This document shows, piece after piece, positions 18,800 to 28,851 of a stretch of DNA of 62,826 nt (position 1 is its first letter; each line of letters begins with the position of its first letter). This stretch comes from Bdellovibrionota bacterium (GTDB taxonomy: Bacteria > Bdellovibrionota_C > UBA2361 > JBGSMV01), in NCBI GenBank assembly GCA_041739995.1, contig JBGSMV010000034.1, forward strand, positions 1 to 62,826. Direction: 5' to 3'. A program made the translations under genes and the position numbers. The notes under the pieces are model-generated. The model ran no database searches. It saw only the letters and a list, made by a program, of their open reading frames with translations, and was not told the origin of the DNA.

Positions 18800-18905
18800 T
18801 TAGAAAGTGAAGGGAAATGCCCTTCCATCTAATGGGTTGGTTTTGGTGAAGGCCTGTGCGGAAACGCAAAGGCGGTTGGTTGTTAGAGGTTGGTTGTGAA
18901 GAAGG
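18800..18905 (-). ncRNA. Candidate CA-rich sRNA (look-alike of 59616-59737)
   Basis: Minus strand: ACAACCAACC x2, hairpin (18852-18873), AAAACCAACCC, then a GAAGGG/CCCTTC stem followed by ACTTTCT. No promoter identified. Confidence 0.35.
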
Positions 18906-19732
18906 TCCATTCCTTTCTGGGCGTACCCTCGTCTGTGAGTATCCATACTTCAGAGTCTGGAGGAGCCACTCTTACCCCTACAGTCCACTATAAAACCATC
19001 GGCAACATTGTCGAGACCTGCGAGGTTCAAGAACCATCGACTACATTTTGAGGGAGAAAATAGTTTTTGTTAGGGAGAGCAGTCCCTCACGGTGCCGAGC
19101 GCAGCTTTCTAACTGACCACGCACCACACAGCAAAGACGACATCGTAATGATGAGGTAATTGATTAAATTCTGCGTACTAGTGATGCAGTTGTTTGGGTA
19201 AGTCCCCACCACCACCACCCGAACAGCTCCGCAAGTAGCAAGCGCAGGATTGAAATTTAATACCTCTGGCGTACTCGTCACAAACCTCAAGCGTGAAGGC
19301 TGGCCTAGCATCACGTGGGGGACTGCTCTCTCAGACTGAAATGCTTCCTCGATTGCCCGGCACCTTGCGGGCAATTTTTTTTGGAACAAAGATCGACTGA
19401 AGTGACTTGGTGTGCGCCGATAGTCTCCATCGGCTCTGCGCAAGAACTACTTCAAAACACTTGGGGCAACCTCCGTTGGTGGTGGGATAGTAGTCCGGCA
19501 GAATCTGGGTACTCGCAGCGCCAGTTGGTGATAGATATAAGCCTAAATCACTCTCGATCTATCAATCGATCTATCAATCGCGTCCACAGCTGTCGACGAA
19601 AGCAGCCGTTCAGACTCATAAAAGCGAGAACTGGTAACCACGAGCCCATTTTAACCAAAGCTAGTAAGCCACGAGTTTTGCAGTCACGCCACACACGTGG
19701 GTGTTCTTTAACCCGAGTGGGAGGCGAGAAGA

Positions 19733-19969
19733 ATGAGTGCATTACGTGCTGAAGTGCTTGCTGCCGCCCTGACGATCACAACTATTTCCCAAATAAGCTT
19801 CGCCCAAGAGAAATTCTCAGAACCCGTCAAAGAGACTGAAACCTTCTCGCAAGTTCTTTCAAAGATCAGCACTCTCACTGGGCCGCTTGTATTCCATATC
19901 AACCTTAACGGGGTGTCGACGCTCGGGCTCTGGACTTTACTGAAGGGGAAGCGGATCTTCTCGATTTAG
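19733..19969 (+). CDS. Short hypothetical with signal-peptide-like start; possibly a degraded gene
   Basis: GGGAGG RBS and ...QISFA|QEK. Protein-like text continues in another frame to about 20058. Confidence 0.3.
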   Translation: MSALRAEVLAAALTITTISQISFAQEKFSEPVKETETFSQVLSKISTLTGPLVFHINLNGVSTLGLWTLLKGKRIFSI

Positions 19970-20444
19970 TCGATTACAAGGGCTCGTGTGTTGTCGCGAA
20001 TTCGTTCTCGCAGACCCTGCGGACGAGCATTGTGGTTGGCGTAAGTGTCGAGCTCTAAGAGGTCGGCACAGATGTCCTCTCGAAGAGCATCGCGGACCCA
20101 GCAGGAAGCGAGACTTTGACGGTAATAAGTTTCGAATGTTTGCCGATTCGTGATTCGTACGACGAGGTTGCGGGAGCTTAGTTGCGGAAATTTGAGGAAT
20201 ATCAGCAGCACTGCGGTGGAGTTCTGATTTAGGGTGTTAATGCATGCCGCTTCAGTGTCGCTCAGGCCAGGCGCCTACCCTTGCAAGGCTCGGCATACTC
20301 AGCACCCATCAAAGCAAGCATTCAAGAGAAACACGTATGTCCGGCACTGCCACAGAGCCTGAGTTATATCTGGCGAAGGCCGAACTCATTAATGCGATTA
20401 ACTTTTCCGAGGAGCCGGGCTCCAGTGGAAAAGTGGCCCCAAGT

Positions 20445-21668
20445 TTATCGAAACAGCTGCAGCCCTATGCGGTTAAATGCCTCTGGTAGTACTGGTATGG
20501 GGTCCACATCAAGGTGCTGCGCTAGAATCTGTTCAAGCACTTCGCGGAAGTCGAATTTTACGGGGACAAACGGCTGAGTGAAGTCTGCCTCAGTGTAGGC
20601 AGGGGACCGAACGCCACCTTGAACGCGAGTGCCAATCAGAACTTCAGTCGTGCCTTGACCATGGTCTGTTCCTGCCGATCCATTCTCTACGGTTCTTCCG
20701 AACTCGCTTCGCATGCTGATTAAAACATCTTCAGCGCGCCCAACCGCGGACAGATCATTCCAGAATACTCCGACTGCTTGATCGAGCTGCGTCAACAACG
20801 GCGGAAGCGCCGTCCCCTGGAAGGCATGAGTGTCGAAGCCTCCTAGGCGTATCATGATATGTTTGACGTTGATTACGTCCGACTTGAGTAGCTGAGAAGC
20901 GATGCGAAGATTGCGCCCAAGTCCAGTATTCGGATACGGCCCAAGGGTTTGACTGCCGGCGAGTACGGTAGTCAGTAAGGCGGATTGAGCTTCCATCGTG
21001 TCCCAGGCATGATTCATGCGCTGCGCATCTTCGCTCAGCAGCACGGGGCCACGTTCACGAAGAAGTCGAATTACTTCGTTCCGATAGGCGAGGTCGTATT
21101 CGGTAAGCGCCGAGCTGTCCGGCAGCCCAACTCGACCAGTCGAATCGACAGTGGTTACATCGAATGCACCGCCCGTTAACTCAGCGCCGCCCGGCCCCAC
21201 CGCAAAAAGGAGCGGTGCTTCTGCGGCATCGCAGTGATGCTGCCCATAACGCAGCATCCACCCTGATGAGACAAGAGGCGATTCTGTAGTACGTCCTAGA
21301 AAAGTTCGAGCTTCCAAATGAGACTGACTGTGATTGGGGTATCCCGCGCCATACAGCAGCGCGAGCTGTCCCTGTGCACGAATTGTATTAAAGCTAGTCA
21401 TGAGCGGATGTAGCCCGTGAATCGCATCAATGGGGATTGAGTTTGTAATTCCGAGAGTAGGATGCGCTGCAAAGTAGGATGAAGTTCCGCGCGGCACCAA
21501 GAGAGAGGGGCCATGTAGTCCGCCATCGAGAAATATCGTCACTACGGCGCGTCGATTTGCGGTACATGCGGACTGTCCCAGCGCAGATTGTAACGGTGCG
21601 GCGAGCGCATACATGCTTCCGCTTCCTAGTGCTGTGCTAAGGCCCTTCAGAAGTTGCCTTCGGTTCAT
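20445..21668 (-). CDS. DUF1501-family protein with Tat signal
   Basis: MNRRQLLKG, GYPNHSQSH, GGFDTH, SEFGRT, GTDHG. Confidence 0.9.
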   Translation of the reverse strand: MNRRQLLKGLSTALGSGSMYALAAPLQSALGQSACTANRRAVVTIFLDGGLHGPSLLVPRGTSSYFAAHPTLGITNSIPIDAIHGLHPLMTSFNTIRAQGQLALLYGAGYPNHSQSHLEARTFLGRTTESPLVSSGWMLRYGQHHCDAAEAPLLFAVGPGGAELTGGAFDVTTVDSTGRVGLPDSSALTEYDLAYRNEVIRLLRERGPVLLSEDAQRMNHAWDTMEAQSALLTTVLAGSQTLGPYPNTGLGRNLRIASQLLKSDVINVKHIMIRLGGFDTHAFQGTALPPLLTQLDQAVGVFWNDLSAVGRAEDVLISMRSEFGRTVENGSAGTDHGQGTTEVLIGTRVQGGVRSPAYTEADFTQPFVPVKFDFREVLEQILAQHLDVDPIPVLPEAFNRIGLQLFR

Positions 21669-21684
21669 AACGTTAGACTCCGTA

Positions 21685-24000
21685 TTAGTGCACCTGAAAA
21701 AACTGCGGGGTTAGTGTAATAAAATGGAACATTCTTGTGAGCTTATCCAAGAGCGCCGCATCGTTCCCAGGCCAAGGGTCTGAAATAGTGCCCGAAGCGG
21801 TACGACGAGTCTGTGCAAACGTGAGAATAAGATCGCGCTGCTGGGGTGTGAGCTCAAGAGCAAGAGTAGCGAGGAGATGATCGAGCGTTTCCGCTGCCGT
21901 TGCAGTTGGAGACGGAAGAAAGCTGCGCAGGTTGACAAGTCCCATATTCATTTCGGACCAGGCATACCCAGTGAGGACAGAATCACCACCTGTGATCATG
22001 GAGCGAAGGGATACAGCGCTGTTGAGAATCCGGCTACCTAATGGCATCTCGAGAGCTCGATCGCAGCCGAACACCGAATCTGGATCGGTCAGCACGCAAC
22101 CAAGGGATCGGTACGGGTCGCCTCCGTTGCCGTCATAGTTCACCACATTTTCCGGATCTCCGATCAAAACATTTATGGCGCGCGCTAGGTGTACCTGGCG
22201 GAGCGAAGGATGCTTAATAATTGCCAGGCGCCGCTCAGGTGCGTAAAAGTACTGAGAACTTAGCAGGCGCTCAAAAGCTGCGCGAAGATTAAAGTCCGAG
22301 CCATATATTATGCTTGCAAGTTCCGAGATTACGGCACCGTTACTATCATTACCAAAGTATTCGCGTGCCAGCCATTTTGCGAGGCTCGGTGCTGCGTTTG
22401 GATGATGATCGAAGATGTGATTCACCACATCGCGACCCGTAACCACCTGCGCCTGCCACGAAGTTCCTGCAAAGATAGTCTTAGTTCCTGGGTCAAAGCG
22501 AGCTGGAGTGAAGTATGAGTAGTACCGGAACTCGAGCGAGGTGTTGCTACCAACTTGCCATCCGGTAAACGCGCGCCCGATTTCTCGGATATCATCGAGG
22601 GTGTAGTTCGGATTCCCGTTCGAGTCCGCGGTATCAAGGGTGAAGAGCTCCATGAGTTCCCGCGCGTAATTCTGGTTTGGCGATCCCACGGTGTTGTCTA
22701 CTAGGTTTAACCACTGCATCATCAGCGGATCTTCTCCCATCTCTAGTAGGAGCGTCCGGTAGTCCAAGTCTCGCGCTCCAATTTCTCGCAGCTTTAAAAG
22801 ATGCGGCATCGACATGCGTGCATTGCCTGCATCGGAGGAGGTCGCAAGACGGTCATGCAGCACAAACCACATGAAACGCTCGTGGAACTGATTTTGAGTG
22901 CGCGCCAGAAGGGCATGCGCGTAGTAGCGAAGTCCCGAAATATTGATGGTAGAATATCCCTCATCAGGTCGCCCATCGAGCCAGTTCCGGGCGCGGCGCT
23001 CGGCATACGAGTCTTCGCGAAAGGTCATGAAAAATTGCACTAATTGCTGAATATTCCCACCAATAAACTCGTACGCCTCCGGCGGTGGAACAAAGAGTCC
23101 AGCCCGACGATATAGGTGGTTAATGTCGTCTCGCGTTACTGGCCGCGATAACGGAGCGAGATATCCTCCTGCAGGGGGCGTGGGCGTTATGGTGGGCGTA
23201 GCAGTTCGCGTTGGGGTTTGAGAGGGAGTGGGCGATACCGTACTTGTCGGCGTTCTTGTGCGAGTAGGAGACGCCGTCGCTGTTCGAGTAGCGGTGCTAG
23301 TCGGCGTTCTTGTGGGAGTGCGAGTAGCGGTACTAGTCGCAGTTATTAGTGGAGTATTTGTTCGTGTTGGAGTTCTAGTAGGAGTGGAGGTCTGTGTTGC
23401 CGTTCTTGTCGGAGTACGGGTAGGGGTGCGGGTATGCGTACTTGTCGCAGGAACAGTGCCACCCACAGTCGGAGTGCGTGTAGGTGTTCGTGAGGCTGTG
23501 GCCGTTCTTGTCGGCGTCCTGGTGGCAGTTTGCGTTGGAGTCGCACTCGAGGTTACGGGTGGAGCGGACGTGTTTGTGGCGGAGACAGTAGGGAGCATTG
23601 TTGCTGTAGGCTGCGGAGTTCCCGGCTCCGGTAAGCGAGGAGTAGGACTTGCGCCTAACGGAGCACGGTCCAGAGCGGCGCAAAGAGCTCGCGTCACCGC
23701 AAACTCTTTTTTCAATAAACGTAGTTGACGACGTGCTCGCACACGAAGCTCAGAAGGCATGCGCCGAACGGACTTCTTTCGGTTCTTTATTATGTCCAGG
23801 TAGCTTTTAAACTGTTTGCGCTTGCGCTTCACCGCTTCAAAAGCACCATTGGTGTCGCGACAGTAAAAGAGGCGTTTGCCGGCACGCACTTCAACTATTT
23901 GGTTGTTCGTGCCCGCCACGAACCCTTGCGCCACTGCTTCTCCTGGCGCACTCGCGGCACTGAGAAGAACGATAGCCAAAGACAAGAACATCTTTCGCAT
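21685..24000 (-). CDS. DUF1800-family protein with signal peptide, basic N-domain and ~160-aa Thr/Pro/Arg linker
   Basis: [31 protein letters not shown], terminal PQFFQ. Adjacent to DUF1501. Confidence 0.88.
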   Translation of the reverse strand: MRKMFLSLAIVLLSAASAPGEAVAQGFVAGTNNQIVEVRAGKRLFYCRDTNGAFEAVKRKRKQFKSYLDIIKNRKKSVRRMPSELRVRARRQLRLLKKEFAVTRALCAALDRAPLGASPTPRLPEPGTPQPTATMLPTVSATNTSAPPVTSSATPTQTATRTPTRTATASRTPTRTPTVGGTVPATSTHTRTPTRTPTRTATQTSTPTRTPTRTNTPLITATSTATRTPTRTPTSTATRTATASPTRTRTPTSTVSPTPSQTPTRTATPTITPTPPAGGYLAPLSRPVTRDDINHLYRRAGLFVPPPEAYEFIGGNIQQLVQFFMTFREDSYAERRARNWLDGRPDEGYSTINISGLRYYAHALLARTQNQFHERFMWFVLHDRLATSSDAGNARMSMPHLLKLREIGARDLDYRTLLLEMGEDPLMMQWLNLVDNTVGSPNQNYARELMELFTLDTADSNGNPNYTLDDIREIGRAFTGWQVGSNTSLEFRYYSYFTPARFDPGTKTIFAGTSWQAQVVTGRDVVNHIFDHHPNAAPSLAKWLAREYFGNDSNGAVISELASIIYGSDFNLRAAFERLLSSQYFYAPERRLAIIKHPSLRQVHLARAINVLIGDPENVVNYDGNGGDPYRSLGCVLTDPDSVFGCDRALEMPLGSRILNSAVSLRSMITGGDSVLTGYAWSEMNMGLVNLRSFLPSPTATAAETLDHLLATLALELTPQQRDLILTFAQTRRTASGTISDPWPGNDAALLDKLTRMFHFITLTPQFFQVH

Positions 24001-24004
24001 GTAG

Positions 24005-24781
24005 CTATTCTCTAAACCGATTTAAATAGGCGGTGATGTGGGCAAGCTCATTGTCTCCAAGAACAGGTGGTACGTAGTACATCGGAGGTGCGATAATAGC
24101 GGTGCGATATTGACCGAACGTACGTCCGGCGTACTCGCCATGACACTGCAGACATCGAATGTTCACACTGACGGCTCCGACGTCAATGTTGGCAGCTAGT
24201 TCATTTGGTACACCGAGCTGCTGCTTTCCGTACGTGGTTAGAGATCCTGCTGAGTCGAAGTAGCGCATGGGTTGTGGAGTCGATGTCGGAGTCGGAGTAG
24301 GTGTCACTTCTGGTGTAATCTCCGGATTCGGAGTCGGCGCAACCTCGCTGGATGGCGTCGCATCGGTCGGTACTGTTGGGGGCACTGGAGTGGGAGTAGC
24401 GACTAGTTGCGCGAGAAACATCTCACAAATAATCTGGGAAAGGTCAGCCTGGGCACGCAGCAGCCGAATCTGAGATCTTAAAATTGCTCTTTGCGCAGAG
24501 TTTCTCTCTTTGCGCCGTTTCTTGACCAGCCGCGTGATTGCTCGTGCGTAAGTGATGTATGTTTTCCTGCGCAAGATTCCGGGGGTAACAGAATTGTCAT
24601 TAGTGCGACATGCTGCACGGGCGCCACCAATGTCCGCAACTAGCCACCGACCACTCTCTGCTTTTGCAGGTACACTGAGAGCCATAAGTGCGAGTGCAAC
24701 TAAGAACACGCCCCAGGCAACGGCGATCAACGTCACGCAAAGAAAACGAAAGTTGAGTAATTCGGCGTAGCGTCGTGACAT
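24005..24781 (-). CDS. Secreted monoheme c-type cytochrome with basic N-domain and Pro/Thr linker
   Basis: [18 protein letters not shown]; paralog of 15761..16501. Start ATG 24781 lies downstream of a sigma-54 box. Confidence 0.75.
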   Translation of the reverse strand: MSRRYAELLNFRFLCVTLIAVAWGVFLVALALMALSVPAKAESGRWLVADIGGARAACRTNDNSVTPGILRRKTYITYARAITRLVKKRRKERNSAQRAILRSQIRLLRAQADLSQIICEMFLAQLVATPTPVPPTVPTDATPSSEVAPTPNPEITPEVTPTPTPTSTPQPMRYFDSAGSLTTYGKQQLGVPNELAANIDVGAVSVNIRCLQCHGEYAGRTFGQYRTAIIAPPMYYVPPVLGDNELAHITAYLNRFRE

Positions 24782-24816
24782 GACGAGAGCGTCTCCCAAA
24801 GTATCCGAAGTTAGGA

Positions 24817-24833
24817 AGCAAGGTATATGCCAT
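24817..24833 (-). promoter_or_regulatory. Sigma-54 promoter of the cytochrome-DUF1800-DUF1501 operon
   Basis: ATGGCATATACCTTGCT on the minus strand. Confidence 0.75.
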
Positions 24834-24871
24834 GAACGAATCGCTTTGCATGGTACGATGGGAACCATATT

Positions 24872-24888
24872 TTGCGGTTTAGGCGCAA
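24872..24888. promoter_or_regulatory. TTGCG-N7-CGCAA palindrome (putative regulator site)
   Basis: TTGCGGTTTAGGCGCAA, 38 nt from the sigma-54 box. Confidence 0.7.
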
Positions 24889-25167
24889 AGATGAACAAAA
24901 ATTTGTGGACGCAGCCACTACAGACAGGGGAAGTGAGGCCGTTCTGACCTGAGCAGCTCCCAGAACCGCGCCTGCGAGCTAGAGCCCGCCGCAAAGCTAG
25001 CCGCCTAAGCCGTTGTATATTGGGCTGAGTTGTAAGGGAAACTCACTTGAATACCGTGCCTAGCGCAGCCGGTTATCCCGACTCTGGTTTTACCTGAATT
25101 GGGTAGGTCACCTAGACGGAAGAAAAAAGGGCGAAAATCTCTCGAGAGTTCGACTAAGTCCCTGAAA

Positions 25168-25184
25168 TTGCGGAGACACCGCAA
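25168..25184. promoter_or_regulatory. TTGCG-N7-CGCAA palindrome (putative regulator site)
   Basis: TTGCGGAGACACCGCAA, 36 nt from the sigma-54 box. Confidence 0.7.
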
Positions 25185-25220
25185 ACTGGTTACATAGCGC
25201 CGCTGGAGGGCGTAGGAAGT

Positions 25221-25237
25221 TGGGCATGTCTTTTGCA
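25221..25237 (+). promoter_or_regulatory. Sigma-54 promoter
   Basis: TGGGCATGTCTTTTGCA, GG-N10-GC. Confidence 0.65.
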
Positions 25238-25303
25238 CTATTCCCACGGAACACGTTGGTTTCTCGATTTGTTCCGGAACCGACATTTGTGGAGTGCGGA
25301 GTC

Positions 25304-25831
25304 ATGAATACGGGTTCAATTTTCTTTCAGTTCCAGCGGCTATTAATAATTCTAATGGCCACTGCCTTGATGCTGCCATGCGGCGAGGCGCTCGCCGCAG
25401 ATTCGAGGTCGGGTGACGGCGGTGGACTCCCTCGTATGGGGCCCGGACTAGAGGTTGCTGATGTTGAAGTGCACGGTGATACAGTGGTGATGAGCCTGGT
25501 CGTGCAAGAGCCCGAAGACCTGACGGTCAAAAGTTGTCCGCAACGTCCTGCTGTGGTTGCACTCGGCCTGACGGCAAACGGGCCGACGGGCGGAGCTGAA
25601 GCCGGATTGTTTTCATCACCATGGGTCGTTTGTGGTGATTGCATACCAGGAGCCACTCCTGTGCCTGGCACGCCTTTATGTCCGGGAACCGCTCCTACCT
25701 GCTGTGCTCAAGCGAAGTCAGAATGTACCAATTTGATCACCCCGCACTGCAATGCCTGCTGTGTAGTTGCTTGCGAAAATGAAACCTTTGCGGGGCGCAG
25801 CTGTGTAGCAAACTGCCAAGTTGCTTGTTAG
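25304..25831 (+). CDS. Secreted cysteine-rich hypothetical protein
   Basis: Signal peptide ending ALA; 13 Cys in the last ~66 aa. GGAG RBS before ATG 25304. Confidence 0.7.
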   Translation: MNTGSIFFQFQRLLIILMATALMLPCGEALAADSRSGDGGGLPRMGPGLEVADVEVHGDTVVMSLVVQEPEDLTVKSCPQRPAVVALGLTANGPTGGAEAGLFSSPWVVCGDCIPGATPVPGTPLCPGTAPTCCAQAKSECTNLITPHCNACCVVACENETFAGRSCVANCQVAC

Positions 25832-25910
25832 TGTATTGGAAATATTGGTAGGTCCTCGAGGTGAAGTCACCACATTGATAGCGAGCGTCAGAGCAACGAG
25901 AGCAACTTGA

Positions 25911-26555
25911 ATGACTTTATATCAGGACAACTCGCCCCTTGATCGGAAATCACCGACATCCTCCCCACTTCCAGATCTCGATCGCAGCGATCCGGCATCA
26001 CTGTCCCTAGAGTCCGTGTTATTTCCAAAAGGGATGAGAGGCATAGAACAAAGCTCGGTGCTATCGGGACACCAGCAGACTCACCAAGAGTCTCCGAAAC
26101 ACGAAGGTGTGTTCCATTCGATTCGAGCGCGTCGACTCCGGTTAGCGGCTTATGCGGTCATTGGCGGAGCAGTGGCCTGTGTCTCTGCTTCTACGCTTGC
26201 AACCGCGTATCAGCCGTGGCAAAGCCTCTACGAAGCGGCGGTCTTTGATCATCCGAAGAGTCTCCTGCTTGAACCGGTACGACTTTTCTCTCGAGCACTT
26301 GTCGATCTTGGAGTGAACCCTCGGTTTCTTGGTTCACTTCCCGTATTTGAATTCCTCTTGAGTACCGCCGGGGGAGCTCTCGTAGCGTGGGGAGTGCTCT
26401 CCGGCCGAAGCGCTCTCAAGCTTCAAGAAAGTGATTGCCTCGGATGTGGCTATGATCTTTCGGATGTAGTTGCTCACGGAAAGGGGTGCACCTGCCCTGA
26501 ATGTGGCAAGAATAGCGCATATATGCCGAAAGAATCCGCGAGGGGGTCGCGTTAA
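25911..26555 (+). CDS. Hypothetical 2-TM protein with C-terminal zinc ribbon
   Basis: CLGCGYDL...CPECG; disordered Ser/Pro-rich N-terminus. Confidence 0.65.
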   Translation: MTLYQDNSPLDRKSPTSSPLPDLDRSDPASLSLESVLFPKGMRGIEQSSVLSGHQQTHQESPKHEGVFHSIRARRLRLAAYAVIGGAVACVSASTLATAYQPWQSLYEAAVFDHPKSLLLEPVRLFSRALVDLGVNPRFLGSLPVFEFLLSTAGGALVAWGVLSGRSALKLQESDCLGCGYDLSDVVAHGKGCTCPECGKNSAYMPKESARGSR

Positions 26556-26644
26556 TATCCTTTGAGGGGAGCCCATGGTAGCGAGTGTCTACGAATATGC
26601 CGTTTAAGCTAGCGCTGCTGGGTAGCACTTGCAGAAAAATAAGC

Positions 26645-27739
26645 TCAGCTTCTCACTAGCGCAAATTCCGCCACCAACCCCGGACCAAATGCCATCATTA
26701 TCCATGGATAGGGAACCTGAGTACGCGCAAGCTCCTCCACGACAAACAGAATCGTGGGCGAGGACATGTTGCCGTGCCGAGTCAAAATATCACGTGATGG
26801 TTTCATGGCCAGGTCTGACAACTCCAAGGCCTTTTTTACTGAATCAAGTACCCGCGGTCCACCTGGATGAATGGCCCAGCCACCAATCGTAGAAACTGAC
26901 AACTTATGCTTTTCGAGCCAGGTTGGAAAAAGATCTATCAGTGCACGCTCGATTAAAACCGGGACCTTTGGACTCAGAGACATTTTAAATCCGTGGTCGG
27001 TAACTCTCCACTTCATCGCATCTTCTGAGTTTGGGATAACGGCCGAACCACAACCGACAATCTCTCCAATTGAAGTTTGTGAGCTGTTTTCGCTTTGGGG
27101 CCCAATTACTAGTGCTGCCGCACCGTCAGAAAAGAGTGAATTGGCGACCATCTGATCAGCGTTGGAGCCGTAGCTAAAGTGAAGTGAGCAAAGTTCAACG
27201 CATACAAGCAGCACTTTCGCGCCTTGAGCGGCGAATGCGCGGGCAACCCGCATTCCGTTTAACGCGGCATTGCAGCCCATAAAACCGACATGAGTTCGTT
27301 GAACTTCAGCAGGAAGTTTCAACGCTCTAATAAGGTTAAAATCGAAGCCTGGAGCCTCGAATCCAGTGCATGAAACCGTAACTAAATGAGTGATGTTCGT
27401 CGGCTCTAAGGACGCCTGCTTGAGAGCGCCACTGGCTACGGAACAGGCAAGCTCTGTGGCAAAATCGGTATAATGTAATAGCCGATTTGCAGTCGTTGGA
27501 TCTGCGTTCTGTGCGGTACGAGAGGGGAAGAAATCCTCTATATGCTGTGCCGTCCCGTGGTCTCCATCCGTAAGTCCAAGAACTGTATGTCGAGATTGAA
27601 TCGTGGAAAGTCGATACAACTCTCTTAGTGAGCACTCCTCGGTACCTTCAAGGTCTAACGCTTTCACCGCAAGTGAGGCGGAGTGCGCTTGAGTCAGCGT
27701 AGTGCGCGCCCCAGAGGTCGATATTCCTAAGATCCTCAC
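26645..27739 (-). CDS. Type III polyketide synthase
   Basis: Cys-His-Asn triad motifs GFMGC, IHPGG, GNMSS; VSCTG; ELCSLH; FGPGL. Confidence 0.93.
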   Translation of the reverse strand: MRILGISTSGARTTLTQAHSASLAVKALDLEGTEECSLRELYRLSTIQSRHTVLGLTDGDHGTAQHIEDFFPSRTAQNADPTTANRLLHYTDFATELACSVASGALKQASLEPTNITHLVTVSCTGFEAPGFDFNLIRALKLPAEVQRTHVGFMGCNAALNGMRVARAFAAQGAKVLLVCVELCSLHFSYGSNADQMVANSLFSDGAAALVIGPQSENSSQTSIGEIVGCGSAVIPNSEDAMKWRVTDHGFKMSLSPKVPVLIERALIDLFPTWLEKHKLSVSTIGGWAIHPGGPRVLDSVKKALELSDLAMKPSRDILTRHGNMSSPTILFVVEELARTQVPYPWIMMAFGPGLVAEFALVRS

Positions 27740-28851
27740 GTCTCTCCTGCGTGTTGCAAGGTATTAAGCAGTGGTCTGTGCAGCATTGGGACGCGCGCGA
27801 TGAGTGAAGCGGTCTGAAATGTCAAAGAATGAAGGTTGATGATCCAAGAAAGAGCGGAGCATCGCCATCTTGATGTGCGAGATAGACTGCGGTGGCGTTG
27901 GCTCCATTCCAGGTACGGAGACACTTCCTCTCCGGCACATACTTTCGTAAGCAGCGGTGCGCAAATATTAGCTTGTTGAAGTGCCATTCCTATTCCTTCA
28001 CCGGTAAAGGGTTCAGTGTATCCAGCGCTATCGCCAATCAAAAACAGTCCCGGCCAGGCAACACGGTCTGCGAAGCGTGAGAGCGGGGGGGTGCCCTTAG
28101 CGCGTTTTGACAGATTCTGTAACTTTAAACTTGAAAATAACCCATCCATTCCAACGCGAGCGATTGTTTTCGGATCAATCGCAGCCGCTAAATCAACCTG
28201 TCCATTTTCTAATTTTGTAAAACCCACGTATCCACCTTCGACCAAATGCATGTGAATCTCACCTGTATTCAATGGATACTCGCGTTCCGTGAGTAGGACT
28301 CCAATTCCCACCCGAGAGCCCGACTTTATATGAATGGCAGTGCGTACATCAGCTGGTAGAGCGGACAGAGAGAGTCCGCATGCCGCGACAACAACTTTTG
28401 CAGTTACGGTTCTAGACGACTTTGAATTGGTGAGAAGGAGCGACCGCGTGCGAGTCCTTTCGTTCCAATCTGATATCGATGCTTTCGTTAGACTTTGAAA
28501 CTCGCATCCGGCGCGTTGCGCGTGACTAACTAACCCGAGGTCGAGCTTTCCACGAGAGATCGCAGTGCCGCCACTTAAGACGAATGAAGTGCGCCGCACT
28601 CCTGCAAATAAAGTGAAAGAAGTAAGAGCCTGGACATGTTCATTTTGAATTATGTTGGCAAGCTTATGCTGGGTAAGTAACGCCTTGCCAGCACTGTTTA
28701 TGCAGCAACCACAAACCTTTTCTCTTGGAAAATTCGACTTGTCTACGAGTAATGTTTTTAGTCCACGGCGAGCAGCAAGAATCGCGCTCATCGCTCCAGC
28801 GGGGCCAGCGCCAACTATAGCGACATCAAAGTCATTGGATCCTTTACTCAT
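27736..28851 (-). CDS. FAD-dependent oxidoreductase (geranylgeranyl-reductase-like)
   Basis: GAGPAG, FPREKVCG, IGDSAG..EPFTGEGI. 4-nt stop/start overlaps with both neighbours. Confidence 0.88.
   Translation of the reverse strand: MSKGSNDFDVAIVGAGPAGAMSAILAARRGLKTLLVDKSNFPREKVCGCCINSAGKALLTQHKLANIIQNEHVQALTSFTLFAGVRRTSFVLSGGTAISRGKLDLGLVSHAQRAGCEFQSLTKASISDWNERTRTRSLLLTNSKSSRTVTAKVVVAACGLSLSALPADVRTAIHIKSGSRVGIGVLLTEREYPLNTGEIHMHLVEGGYVGFTKLENGQVDLAAAIDPKTIARVGMDGLFSSLKLQNLSKRAKGTPPLSRFADRVAWPGLFLIGDSAGYTEPFTGEGIGMALQQANICAPLLTKVCAGEEVSPYLEWSQRHRSLSRTSRWRCSALSWIINLHSLTFQTASLIARVPMLHRPLLNTLQHAGET

Noticed and set aside
19554..19580. 12-bp tandem duplication (CGATCTATCAAT x2)
   Set aside because: Two copies only, with no functional context.
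23228..23728. 166-aa Val/Gly-rich ORF on the plus strand
   Set aside because: Antisense shadow of the Thr/Pro/Arg linker of DUF1800.
24782..24994. Long N-terminal extension of ORF 24005..24994 (similarly the 25220 and 32772 starts)
   Set aside because: The extensions run through sigma-54 promoter elements; downstream starts with RBS fit better.
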